A DNA stretch of 64,000 nt from Acidobacteriota bacterium (GTDB lineage Bacteria > Acidobacteriota > Vicinamibacteria > Marinacidobacterales > Marinacidobacteraceae). A program made the translations under genes and the position numbers. The stretch lies in the NCBI GenBank assembly GCA_022826195.1, contig JAJDVI010000094.1, positions 70,714-134,713 on the forward strand, written 5' to 3'. Every line of letters begins with the position of its first letter. Within the stretch, counting starts at the first letter, position 1. Below the pieces are notes generated by a model that was not told the DNA's origin, made no database searches, and worked only from the letters and a program-made list of their open reading frames with translations. Below, piece after piece: positions 32,460 through 42,326 of the stretch.

Positions 32460-33833
32460 TCAGGCGGGTAGAGCGTTCCAGTCGGTCAACGGAACGAAAC
32501 GGCCGTCCTCCACGACGGTGTAGTAGACGCGCTGGAGCCCCTGCCGGCGATCCGGCCCGAAGGAGACCTGCTCGCCGATGCCGAGGTCGAAGTCCCGGAT
32601 CGAGAACACCGCCTCCTCCAGTCCAGCCCGGGTGGGCTCTTCGTCGAAGCGCCGGAAGATCTCGCACATCAGCTTCGCGTTCACGAAACCCTCCAGGCTC
32701 ACGAAGCTCTGGGGCAGCGGGTTGTAGGGGTCATCCAGGAACCGCTCGGGAATCTGTGGGTCGTGGCGCGCCAAGAGTTCGCGGTATTCCCGCACCGCCG
32801 GCACGGATTCGTCCTCATAGCTGGGCACCACCTGCGAGTTGACGAGCCACCGGGTATAGGTCTCCGGGTCGTCGCGCCCTTCGCTGAGCAGGTTTACCAG
32901 GTTCTCGCTGCCCACGAAGGAAAGATTTGCGATGGGGACCCGCAGGCCCAGGTCGATGGCGTCCCGGGCGAACGCCGCACAGGCCGCGTACGCCCCCACG
33001 CAGATCACGGCGTCAGGCGCCGCTCGCTGGAGGATCTCGACCTGGGCCCGCATGGTGCCCGTGAAGCGGGAGCCCCGCTGATAGGTCGCCTCGCCGGCGA
33101 TCGTCTCTCCATGGTTCTCGAGCGTGGCCCGGACTCCGGCCCAGCCGCTGCGCCCGTAGGCATCCGCCTGGTAGAAGACCGCGATGCGGCGCCGCCCGGT
33201 CGCGAGAAAGTTCTCGACCAACCCGGCCGTTTCCTGCCGGTAGGAAGCGCGCAGGTTGAACGCGAAGTCGCCGTAGGGGGGCTCCCGCTGCGGTTGCGCC
33301 CCGGTGAAGGGGAAGAACATGTAGATCCGCTCTTCCTGGAACTTCTTCAGCATCGGGAGAACGCGGGTGACGGTTGGCGTTCCCACGTAACCGAACAGGA
33401 GGAACACCTGATCCTCGAGCATCAGTTTCAGCGTGTTCTGGACACATGGATCGGGCTGGTAGCCGTCGTCGTACAACTTCAGCGCGATCCGGCGTCCGTT
33501 GACTCCGCCGGAGTCGTTGACCTCGCGGAAATACGCCATCGCGCCCCGGTAGAGCTCGTTGCCGAGTCCCCGCGAGGGACCGGTGAACGCGGCCGAAGTC
33601 CCGAGAACGATCTCGCCGCCGGCCGCGCCCGGGGCCTGGCGGCCGGGAGCCGCGGCGCGGGCGGCGCCCGACGAGACACCCGCGCCCGCTGCCAGGGCCG
33701 CACCCGCCCATCGGGCCCACGGGGCCAGCAGGGCCGCCGCGCAACTGGAGTGCACCAGGGTTCTCCGGCTCCAGAGCTGTTCCCCACCCGTCCCCCGGTC
33801 CGTAGCCGGCCTCGATTGCGTGGCGGTGTCCAT
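32460..33833 (-). CDS. ABC-type substrate-binding protein, Leu/Ile/Val-binding (Peripla_BP_6) family
   Basis: A long signal/Tat-like N-terminus followed by a LivK-like fold (GTSAAFTGPSRGLGNE...). Confidence 0.7.
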   Translation of the reverse strand: MDTATQSRPATDRGTGGEQLWSRRTLVHSSCAAALLAPWARWAGAALAAGAGVSSGAARAAAPGRQAPGAAGGEIVLGTSAAFTGPSRGLGNELYRGAMAYFREVNDSGGVNGRRIALKLYDDGYQPDPCVQNTLKLMLEDQVFLLFGYVGTPTVTRVLPMLKKFQEERIYMFFPFTGAQPQREPPYGDFAFNLRASYRQETAGLVENFLATGRRRIAVFYQADAYGRSGWAGVRATLENHGETIAGEATYQRGSRFTGTMRAQVEILQRAAPDAVICVGAYAACAAFARDAIDLGLRVPIANLSFVGSENLVNLLSEGRDDPETYTRWLVNSQVVPSYEDESVPAVREYRELLARHDPQIPERFLDDPYNPLPQSFVSLEGFVNAKLMCEIFRRFDEEPTRAGLEEAVFSIRDFDLGIGEQVSFGPDRRQGLQRVYYTVVEDGRFVPLTDWNALPA

Positions 33834-34075
33834 TCGGTCCCCCTTCGCGCCCTCTCGACAGCGCGTCGCTCGCTTGGCTCGTGGCAGCGCGGGCGGCTGC
33901 CCATTCTCGATAATACCGTGTCATCAACGGCAGGACCGAAGGAGTCCGGGCGAGACGCACCCGGATCCGGGTGGAGGACGGCCCACCGCAAACGGGGCCG
34001 GACCCGGGTGCCCTGGGCCGCGCTTGCCGGTCGGGCCGCGAATGACACAATGAGGCGGCCGGAGGGAGCAGCCCG

Positions 34076-35359
34076 ATGCGCGACCACCATCTGAGTCCAA
34101 ACCGCCGCCGGTTCCTGCGGTACCTGGCGGGAAGCCCGCTGCTGCTCGGCTCCGGGTGCTGGGAACCCCGCGCCACGGCCCAGGCCCCAAAGCCGGGTTC
34201 TGACCGGGAAAGCGCCGAACTCTTCGGCTACAACCGCTTTCCCCGGACGCCGATCGGCTCGCCCGAAGAAGCGGCGGACATCTTCGATTTCCGGGTGCTG
34301 GCGGAGCGCAACCTCCCGCCGGCCCACTACGGCTACATGGCGACCGGGGTGGACGGGGAGGGCACGCTGGCTGCGAACCGCCGGGCGCTCGACAACGTGG
34401 GGATCCGGGCGCGCCGGCTGGTGGACGTTTCGGACCCCGACATGTCGGTGGAGATCTTCGGCCGGCGGTGGACGTCCCCCATCTGCATCGCTCCCTGCGG
34501 GAGCCAGAAGGCGTTTCACCCGGAGGGCGAGGTTGCCGTGGCCCGGGCCGCGCGGACGATGGATCACTTGCAACTGCTTTCCACGGTTACGACCTCCCCG
34601 GTGGAGGAAGTCAACGAGGCGCGCGGCGAACCCGTCTGGTACCAGTTGTATCCGACCACCAACTTCGAAGTGACGAAACAGCTCGTCGCGCGGGCGGACG
34701 CGGCCGGCTGTCCGGCGGTGGCGCTCACCGTGGATCTCCCCGCCGGAAGCAACCGGATCAGCACACCGCTGACGGCGCGCCTCGATGAGCGCGAATGCGA
34801 GATCTGCCACGTTCCCGGCCTCGCCGGCTACGTCTCCAGGAAGAGCATGTTCGACGGTATCGAGGTGGAGAACATCACCGGGCGCAGCCGTTTCGCCGGC
34901 CTCAACAACCCCAGTCTCACCTGGGACGTGGTGAAGCGCCTCAAGGACATCACCTCCATGAAGGTCCTCCTGAAGGGCATCGTCACCGCCGAGGACGCCG
35001 AGCTCTGCCTCGAACACGGCGTGGACGGGATCGTGGTCTCGAACCACGGCGGACGCGCCGAGGAAAGCGGGATCGCGACCATCGACAGTCTGCCCGAGGT
35101 GGTGAGCGCGATCGGCGGCCGCATTCCGGTCATCATGGACAGCGGGATCCGGCGTGGCGTGGACATCTTCAAGGCCCTCGCGCTGGGGGCCGACGCGGTC
35201 CTGATCGGCCGCGCCTACCTCTGGGGCCTCGCCGCCTTCGGGGAAGCCGGCGTCGAAGCGGTGCTCCGGATCCTGCGCGCCGAGTTCAAGCTCGCCATGC
35301 AGCTCGCGGGAACGCCGAGTCTCGCGGACATCGGCCCGCGCTCGGTGCTCCGCCGCTGA
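34076..35359 (+). CDS. FMN-dependent alpha-hydroxy-acid dehydrogenase (L-lactate oxidase/glycolate oxidase family) with Tat signal
   Basis: Tat motif NRRRFLRYLAGSPLLLGSGC and an FMN_dh fold (...SNHGGRAEESG...DSGIRRGVDIFKALALGADAV...). Confidence 0.8.
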   Translation: MRDHHLSPNRRRFLRYLAGSPLLLGSGCWEPRATAQAPKPGSDRESAELFGYNRFPRTPIGSPEEAADIFDFRVLAERNLPPAHYGYMATGVDGEGTLAANRRALDNVGIRARRLVDVSDPDMSVEIFGRRWTSPICIAPCGSQKAFHPEGEVAVARAARTMDHLQLLSTVTTSPVEEVNEARGEPVWYQLYPTTNFEVTKQLVARADAAGCPAVALTVDLPAGSNRISTPLTARLDERECEICHVPGLAGYVSRKSMFDGIEVENITGRSRFAGLNNPSLTWDVVKRLKDITSMKVLLKGIVTAEDAELCLEHGVDGIVVSNHGGRAEESGIATIDSLPEVVSAIGGRIPVIMDSGIRRGVDIFKALALGADAVLIGRAYLWGLAAFGEAGVEAVLRILRAEFKLAMQLAGTPSLADIGPRSVLRR

Positions 35360-36975
35360 TCCTCCCGCTCCTCGTCGCCGGTACTCTCGCCGGTGTTGCC
35401 ACCGCCGGCGCGCAGCCGCGCTTCGCCGACGCGACCCCCGCTTCCGGCGTCGAGTTCGTCCACGACACCGGCAGGGGCGACGCCGGGCGCCCGGCCTACT
35501 TCATGCCCGAGATCATGGGATCGGGAGTCGCCCTCTTCGATCGCGACGCCGACGGCGATCTCGACCTCTACCTCGTCCAGGGCGAAGGCGCGGACCGGTT
35601 CTTCGAGAACCGGGGACCGGGTATCCGCTTCGTCGAGACCGCCCGAGTTCCGGGCACTGGCGCCTACGGCATGGGCGTCGCGGCCGGGGACGCCGACGGC
35701 GACGGAGACCTCGACCTCTTCCGGACCGGATTCGGACCCGACGCCCTGCTCCTGAACACCGGGGAGTCGGGTCTGGTGGCGGCGGAAGACCCCGGATGGG
35801 ACGATTCCTGGTCGGCCTCCGCGGCCTTTTGCGACTACGACGCCGACGGCCACCTGGACCTCTTCGTGACCCGCTACATGGACTACGACCCGGACTTTTC
35901 CTGCTTCGCGGCGACCGGAGAGCAAGACTACTGCAACCCGACCGACGTGCCCGGGTTGCCCGATCTCCTCTACCGGAACACCGGGGGCGGGAAGTTCGTG
36001 GAGGTGGGCCGGGAGTCCGGCATCGCCGCCCTGCCGGCCCGGGGCCTCGGAGTCGTCTGCCACGACTTCACGGGGGACGGGAGGCCGGACTTCTACGTGG
36101 CGAACGACACCGAGGCGAATCACCTCTGGGTGAACCAGGGCGGCGGGGCGTTCACCGAAGAGGCGCTGCTGCTCGGCGCCGCCCTCAGCGGTTTCGGCCG
36201 TCCCGAGGCCGGAATGGGGATCGACATCGGCGACCTGAGCGGCGACGGCGTCCTCGACATCCTGCTCACCCACTTCGCCGACGAGACGAACACCGTCTAT
36301 CTCGCCGAACCGGGGATCGGCTTCGTGGACGGCTCCATCGACCTCGGGCTCGGAACGCTCGGCCTCGCGACGACCGGATTCGGCGTGGCCCTCGGCGACT
36401 TCGATCTCGACGGGTTTCCCGACGCCGTCATCGCCAACGGCCGGGTGGCCCGGCCCGCGGGCGAATCCCCGCGGGCTCCCTTCTTCGAGCAGTACGCGGA
36501 AAGCGCCCTGATCCTGCGCGGCGGCCCCGGCCGGTTCGAGGACGCCGGGGCCGCGTCGCCCGAACTGAGCGGGTGGAAGGCCGTCGCCCGGGGGCTGGCC
36601 GCCGGCGACCTCGACGGGGATGGGGATCCCGATCTCGTGATCACGGCCGCCGAGGGTCCCGCCCGGATCTTCGAGAACGTCTCGAACCACGACGGCAATT
36701 GGCTCCTCGTGGCGGCGGGGCTGCCCGGCGGCGCGCCCGATCACGGCGCCACCGTGAGGCTCGGCACCTCGGCCGGAATGCGGGTTGCCCGCGCGAACCC
36801 CGGTGTCTCCTACCTGAGCTCCGGCGATCCGGGGGCCCATTTCGGAATCCCAGCCGGAGCCGCGATCGAGAGTCTGACGGTCCGCTGGTCCGACGGCTCG
36901 GAGGAGGCGTTTCCGGCGCCCGCCCCGAACCGGGTCGTGGTCGTGGTCCGGGGCGCCGGAACGGTCCATGACTGA
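35356..36975 (+). CDS. CRTAC1-family protein (FG-GAP/VCBS plus ASPIC/UnbV), paralog 3; no canonical start codon, possibly a CTG start
   Basis: It is homologous to paralogs 1 and 2 from the QPRFADATPASGVEF region onward, with a signal-like stretch LILPLLVAGTLAGVATAGAQ. The frame upstream of CTG 35356 lacks any in-frame ATG, GTG or TTG, and the CTG overlaps the upstream stop as CTGA. Confidence 0.6.
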   Translation: MILPLLVAGTLAGVATAGAQPRFADATPASGVEFVHDTGRGDAGRPAYFMPEIMGSGVALFDRDADGDLDLYLVQGEGADRFFENRGPGIRFVETARVPGTGAYGMGVAAGDADGDGDLDLFRTGFGPDALLLNTGESGLVAAEDPGWDDSWSASAAFCDYDADGHLDLFVTRYMDYDPDFSCFAATGEQDYCNPTDVPGLPDLLYRNTGGGKFVEVGRESGIAALPARGLGVVCHDFTGDGRPDFYVANDTEANHLWVNQGGGAFTEEALLLGAALSGFGRPEAGMGIDIGDLSGDGVLDILLTHFADETNTVYLAEPGIGFVDGSIDLGLGTLGLATTGFGVALGDFDLDGFPDAVIANGRVARPAGESPRAPFFEQYAESALILRGGPGRFEDAGAASPELSGWKAVARGLAAGDLDGDGDPDLVITAAEGPARIFENVSNHDGNWLLVAAGLPGGAPDHGATVRLGTSAGMRVARANPGVSYLSSGDPGAHFGIPAGAAIESLTVRWSDGSEEAFPAPAPNRVVVVVRGAGTVHD

Positions 36976-38380
36976 AGCGCGGGCCCTCCGGGCCGGAAGT
37001 CTGGGGGCGCTCCTCGCGGTGCTCGCGGGCGCCTGCGGAGGGCCGGAGATTCCGGAAGTCGGGACCGACGGCGTGGAACCCGCCGTCCGGGAGGCCATCC
37101 ACGGCGCCCGGGACGCCCTCGCCGCCGACCGGGGAAGCGCGGCCGCCTGGGGGCGCTTCGGGATGGTGCTCCATGCCCATCGGCTGGGCGCCCCCGCGGG
37201 CGCCAGCTATGCCGAGGCCGCCCGTCTCGACGAGGACGACCATCGCTGGCCCCATCTCCACGGCCGCCTGCTGGAAACCGCCGAACCGGCTCGCGCGCTG
37301 GGACTGGCCGACGAGGCGCTCCGCCGGAACCCCCGTTTTGCTCCGGCGCTCGCGCTCCGGGCCCGGGTGCTCGAGGGAATGGGCGACGACGACGCGGCCG
37401 AGGCCGCCTGGGAGGCGCTCCAGGACCTGGCTCCGGAATCCGTCGAAGCGCCGCTCGCGCTCGGGCGCCGGCGCCTCCAGCGGGGAGACCTGGCCAGCGC
37501 CCGTACCGCGTTCGAGCGCGTCGTGGAACGCCTGCCGTCCTCCGCGGCCGGCTGGTCCTTCCTCGCGCAGGTCTCGCGACGACTCGGCGATCCCGAGGCC
37601 GCCGCCCAGGCAACCGCCCGGGCCCGAGCCGCCGCCCGATCCGCATCCCTCGGCTTGACGGCCGACCCGGACCCGCTGCTGATCGCCCTCGAGGATCTCC
37701 GCGCCGACAGTCGCGGCAGGGAGGCCCGAGCCCGGCGGGCGGCGGACTCGGGAGACCACGACAGCGCGGAGGCGATCTACCGGCGCCTGGTGAACGAACG
37801 GCCCGGCAGCGCGGATCTCCGCTACAACCACGGCAATGCCCTCGCGCGCCTGGGCCGTATCGAGGAGGCGGAAGCGGCGTACCGCACGGCCCTCGACCGC
37901 GATCCCGATTCGAGCGCGGCGATGGCGAACCTCGCGAATCTCCTCGCCCGCAGCGGCCGGGATCGGGAAGCCGATGATCTCTACCGCCGCTCGATCGCTG
38001 CCGACCCGAGCCATCTCCCCACCCTGCTCGGCGCCTCGAGCCTGCACTTCCAGCGCGGCGATCTCCGGCAGGCGGAGCGCTACCTGCGGGACGCGCTGGA
38101 CCGTGATCCCAGCCATCCCGGCGCTCTCCAGGGGCTGGGTCAACTGCTCGCCACCGCGGGCCGGCTGGGGGAAGCTGCGGAGACGTTTTCCCGGGCGCTC
38201 GCCGCCGCCGGGGAAGCCGGGACCGCCCCCGGTCAGCTCGCCGGCATCCACTTCCTGCTGGCGGACGTGGAGCGGCAGCGCGGCCGCACCGCTGAGGCCC
38301 GGACCCACCTGGCACAGGCGGAAGCACTCGGGATGGACGTCCCTCCCGCGTTCCGGGCCCTCCTGGAACCCGGGCGTTAG
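36968..38380 (+). CDS. TPR-repeat lipoprotein
   Basis: Lipobox LAVLAGACGG followed by many TPR repeats; its start overlaps the CRTAC1 stop. Confidence 0.75.
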   Translation: MTEARALRAGSLGALLAVLAGACGGPEIPEVGTDGVEPAVREAIHGARDALAADRGSAAAWGRFGMVLHAHRLGAPAGASYAEAARLDEDDHRWPHLHGRLLETAEPARALGLADEALRRNPRFAPALALRARVLEGMGDDDAAEAAWEALQDLAPESVEAPLALGRRRLQRGDLASARTAFERVVERLPSSAAGWSFLAQVSRRLGDPEAAAQATARARAAARSASLGLTADPDPLLIALEDLRADSRGREARARRAADSGDHDSAEAIYRRLVNERPGSADLRYNHGNALARLGRIEEAEAAYRTALDRDPDSSAAMANLANLLARSGRDREADDLYRRSIAADPSHLPTLLGASSLHFQRGDLRQAERYLRDALDRDPSHPGALQGLGQLLATAGRLGEAAETFSRALAAAGEAGTAPGQLAGIHFLLADVERQRGRTAEARTHLAQAEALGMDVPPAFRALLEPGR

Positions 38381-38464
38381 CGCTCCCCGGATGGCGCGGT
38401 TGCCGGCCCCGAGGGGGGCCGATACAGTGGATTCCGGGGCCACCGGATCCCCAGTGAGGACGCC

Positions 38465-39634
38465 ATGAACCAACTTCCCAGGCGACGTTTCCTGCAGGCC
38501 GGGTCGGTCGGACTCGGCGCCGGACTTCTTGCGCCCGTAGCCGGCGCCGGCGGATCGGGCGCCGCCCCCTCACCCGCCACGGACTCCACCCGGGTCCGGA
38601 TGACGGGGGACGGGCTCGGGCTGACACCCGCCGAGCAGGGACGCCTGCTCGCGCGGCTGGCGGAAGAGGGCCGCATCGAGCGGGATTCCTATTCGAACGG
38701 CGGCGTCGTGCAGGTGCTCGAGGAGCAGTTCGCCAGGGTCCTCGGGAAGGAACGCGCCGTCTTCATGCCGACCGGAACGCTGGCGAACCACCTGGCGGTG
38801 CGCAGTCTGGCCGGTGCCGGCGGCGGCCGGGCGGTCGTCCAGGCCGAGGCGCACCTGTACAACGACTCGGGAGACTGCGTGCAGACCCTGAGCGCGATCC
38901 CGCTGATTCCGCTCGCCCCGGGCCGCCCGACCTTCACGCTCGAGGAGGTGAAAGAGATCGTGGAGCGGACCCGCGGCGGGCGCGTTTCGAGGCCGGTCTC
39001 GGTGATCTCGATCGAGAGCCCGGTGCGGCGGCGCTCCGGCGAGACCTTCGATCAGGGAGAACTGACCCGCATCGCCGCCTACGCGCGCAGCGAGGGCATC
39101 CGGCTGCACCTCGACGGGGCGCGGATGTTCCTCGAAAGCGCCTACACGGGGATGGACGTGGCCGCACTCGCGCGTCCCTTCGACACCGTCTACGTATCGC
39201 TCTACAAGTACTTCAACGCGGCCTCGGGCGCGATCCTCGCCGGCCCCGCCGCGCTGCTCGACGGCATGTTCCACCCGCGGCGGATGTTCGGCAGCGGACT
39301 CCCCGCCGCGTGGCCCTTCGCGGCGGTCGCCCTCAACTTCCTTCCGGGATTCATCGAGCGATTCACGAGCGCGGTGGGGATCTCCGAGTCCTTCATCACC
39401 GAGGTGGAGCGGCACGGCGCCTTCGCGGTCGAGCGGATGGCGGGCGGCACCAACCTGTTCCGGCTGCGGGTGGACAGCGCCGACCCCGAGGCCTTCCGGC
39501 GGCGGCTCCGCGAGCAGCAGGTGGATCTGGGGGGCGTCCGCCCCGACGGCGGATTCCTGATCGGCGTGAACGAGACCTGGAACCGCAGCGCGCCGGACGA
39601 ACTCGCCCGGCGTTTCCGCTCCGCCCTGGCCTGA
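38465..39634 (+). CDS. Threonine aldolase/beta-eliminating-lyase family PLP enzyme with Tat signal
   Basis: Tat motif PRRRFLQAGSVGLGAG; low-specificity threonine aldolase-like core (MPTGTLANHLA...SLYKYF). Confidence 0.7.
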   Translation: MNQLPRRRFLQAGSVGLGAGLLAPVAGAGGSGAAPSPATDSTRVRMTGDGLGLTPAEQGRLLARLAEEGRIERDSYSNGGVVQVLEEQFARVLGKERAVFMPTGTLANHLAVRSLAGAGGGRAVVQAEAHLYNDSGDCVQTLSAIPLIPLAPGRPTFTLEEVKEIVERTRGGRVSRPVSVISIESPVRRRSGETFDQGELTRIAAYARSEGIRLHLDGARMFLESAYTGMDVAALARPFDTVYVSLYKYFNAASGAILAGPAALLDGMFHPRRMFGSGLPAAWPFAAVALNFLPGFIERFTSAVGISESFITEVERHGAFAVERMAGGTNLFRLRVDSADPEAFRRRLREQQVDLGGVRPDGGFLIGVNETWNRSAPDELARRFRSALA

Positions 39635-39663
39635 CGGGTCACGCCCCGGCGCGGGCGGATCTC

Positions 39664-41850
39664 CTACGGGGAACGGACCGCGAGGTGTTCCCCGAAGAAG
39701 CGTCCCACCCGGGTCCAGGCGTCGCGCAGGACGTGCTCCCGGTGGAAGTAGTGGAACTCCCCGGGATAGGTGACGAGTTCGAAGTCCTTGCCGGCGCGGA
39801 GGAGACCGTCGGCCAGGTTGATGGACTCGAAGTAGGACACGTTCACGTCCGAGGTCCCGTGCAGCATGAGCAGCGGACGTTCCACGCGATCGACCCGCGC
39901 GGCGGGCGCCGCGAGCTCATAGACGGCGGGGTTTTCCGCGGGGTCCCCCATCCGGCCCCTCACCCAGGGGCCGCCGGGATCGCGGAACCAGAGGCCAAAG
40001 TCGCCGACGCCGGCGACGTTCACCCCCGCCGCGAACAGCGTGGGATCCAGCGTGAGCGCCTGCATGGTCATGAAACCCCCGTAGCTGAGCCCCCAGACCC
40101 CGATGCGGTCCGGATCCACGAACTCGAGCGTCTGCAGGTACTCCGCGCCCGCGGCGACGTCCTGGTAGTCCCCTCCGCCGACGTCACGGTAGGACTCCTG
40201 CCGGAAGTTCCGGCCGTAGCCGATGCTCCCGCGATAGTCGGGCATGAGCACCACGTAGCCCTCCGAGGCGAGGAGCTGGTGGAAGGAGTGGTACACCCCG
40301 TAGTCCCGGCGGACGTGCCACCCGTCGTAGTTCTGGGCGATCCCGTCCCCGTGCACCCACACGATCGCGGGATGCTTCAGGGAACGGTCGAGATCCTCGG
40401 CAACGAACAGGTAGCCGGGTACCTCGCCCCCGTCGCGCGCCGGATAGCGGAGGAACTCCCCTTCGGTCAAGAACGCGGGGTCGAGCGACTCGGGGAGCGA
40501 GTTCGTGAGCCGTTCCGGTTCCCCCGATCCGCCGGTCTCCACCGCGAAGAGGTCGGGAACGGCGCGCGGGCCGGTGTGCTGGAACACGATGCGCGAACCG
40601 TCGGGCGAGAACCCGCCGTGTTCCGAACTCAGCCGGAATCCGGTGGCGACGGACGGCTGGGTGTTCGTGCCCCGCGCCGAGGTGATCCGCGTCGGCACGG
40701 CGTCCGGCAGCTCCGCGGTGTCCACCACGAAGAGGTGGCGCTGTCCGGGGTGGTCCGGATTCGCGTCCCAGCCGAGCTTGCCGCCGTCGGGGGACCAGGC
40801 GAAGCGCCGCGCCTCCTCCTCCGACCCGGTGAGGGCGTGCGCGGAACCGTCGGCCAGTGAAACCACCACCAGTTGATCCCACCCGGAGGAGTCGTCCACG
40901 AGCGCCACCCACTCCCCGCCGGGAGACGGCCGCGGTTCGGCTCCGAGGAAGTTGAGGCTCCACCACTTTTCGTCTTCCGTGACGTGCAGGGGCCGGAGCG
41001 AGCCGTCGCGCAGGTCGGCGAGGACCACCGAACGCGTCCGGACGTCGGGCGCGACCTCCTGGAAGATCAGCCGCGCCGTATCCACCCAGCGCGGACTCGA
41101 GATGGCGCCGGATCCCGCCGCGATGCGCCGCGATACGCCGTTCCGGACCACCGGCGCCACCCAGAGATCGGGCGCCGTGCCGCGAAACCGGCGATAGAGC
41201 AGCGTGTCCCCGGAGACCTCGTGGGTCTCGTCCACCGTTTCCCGGTTCGAGACCGTGTAGGCGATGAAGCGGCCGTCGGGGGACCAGGCGGGCTCGCCCT
41301 CCGAACGGTCGCCGGTGCGCGTCAACTGCAACTCGGCGCCGTCGGCAAGGTCGCGGACGAACAGGTCCCCACCTCGCAGGAACGCGATGCGGCGGCCGTC
41401 GGGAGAAGGCCGGAAGCCGGACTCGCCGCCGGGCTCGTCGTGGAAGACGGCGCGCAGCGTCCCCGCAAGATCCGGATCCATCTGGTAGAGGCGTCCGTTG
41501 CGCGTGAAATGGAGCAGGTCTCCTTCCCCGCCCCAGAAGAGCCCGCCGATCACTTCGTAGGAACTCCCCCAGCGCGTCAACTGGCGCGGGGGCTCACCGG
41601 AGCCCGGCGTCACCGAATAGAGGTCCATCTGCTGGTTCAGATCCCAGACGAAGAACACCTCGTCGCCGTCGGGACTCCACACCGGCGCCGTCGGATGCCG
41701 GATGTCGAGCACGTCCTCCAGGGTCATGCGGGGTTCTTCCTCGGCCTCTTCGCATCCGGAGAGCAGGATGGCGGCCGCGAAGAGCAGCGCCATGGACGGT
41801 CCTCGAACCGGGAGTGCCGGCCCGGCCGCTTCCTGATTTCGTTTCATCAC
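39664..41850 (-). CDS. S9-family serine peptidase (beta-propeller plus alpha/beta-hydrolase) lipoprotein
   Basis: Lipobox AILLSGCEE, TolB/PD40-like repeats, and a catalytic GLSYGG motif with a downstream D/H context. Confidence 0.8.
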   Translation of the reverse strand: MMKRNQEAAGPALPVRGPSMALLFAAAILLSGCEEAEEEPRMTLEDVLDIRHPTAPVWSPDGDEVFFVWDLNQQMDLYSVTPGSGEPPRQLTRWGSSYEVIGGLFWGGEGDLLHFTRNGRLYQMDPDLAGTLRAVFHDEPGGESGFRPSPDGRRIAFLRGGDLFVRDLADGAELQLTRTGDRSEGEPAWSPDGRFIAYTVSNRETVDETHEVSGDTLLYRRFRGTAPDLWVAPVVRNGVSRRIAAGSGAISSPRWVDTARLIFQEVAPDVRTRSVVLADLRDGSLRPLHVTEDEKWWSLNFLGAEPRPSPGGEWVALVDDSSGWDQLVVVSLADGSAHALTGSEEEARRFAWSPDGGKLGWDANPDHPGQRHLFVVDTAELPDAVPTRITSARGTNTQPSVATGFRLSSEHGGFSPDGSRIVFQHTGPRAVPDLFAVETGGSGEPERLTNSLPESLDPAFLTEGEFLRYPARDGGEVPGYLFVAEDLDRSLKHPAIVWVHGDGIAQNYDGWHVRRDYGVYHSFHQLLASEGYVVLMPDYRGSIGYGRNFRQESYRDVGGGDYQDVAAGAEYLQTLEFVDPDRIGVWGLSYGGFMTMQALTLDPTLFAAGVNVAGVGDFGLWFRDPGGPWVRGRMGDPAENPAVYELAAPAARVDRVERPLLMLHGTSDVNVSYFESINLADGLLRAGKDFELVTYPGEFHYFHREHVLRDAWTRVGRFFGEHLAVRSP

Positions 41851-42326
41851 GCGTCTCGCCTCTCACGCCACCGCCATCGATCGTGGGGTGCGTCCCGGAT
41901 GGTATCCGGCGGCATGACCGATGCGGGCGGCGGACCGTTCGCGAAGACCGCCGCCTCGCCGGTTCTGCGGGCGGCGGAGGTGTTTGTCTGCGGCGTTTCG
42001 CCTCCCTCCGGTCGGCGGTGCCGGACAGTCGTTTCCCCGACGCAGCTCCGGGGACGAGCGTGAAAGGTGTCCCGTTCTGGCTCCGTGAGGAAGGAAGGAG
42101 ACGGATGGAGGTGGGCCCGGAAACCCGGACCCTGGAGCCGCGCACGGGACGAGCGCACCCGAAACGCCGATTGCGGGAAACCGGCAGGGCACCGGCAGAT
42201 TAGCGCGCCCCGTTCGGGTGTCAAGGACCCGTTCCGCCGCGAAATACGCGCCGGGCGGCGGGCTCCGGTTTTCACCCCCGAGACGCGAAAATAGAGGCGC
42301 CGCACCGCGATCCCGACACGTCACCC

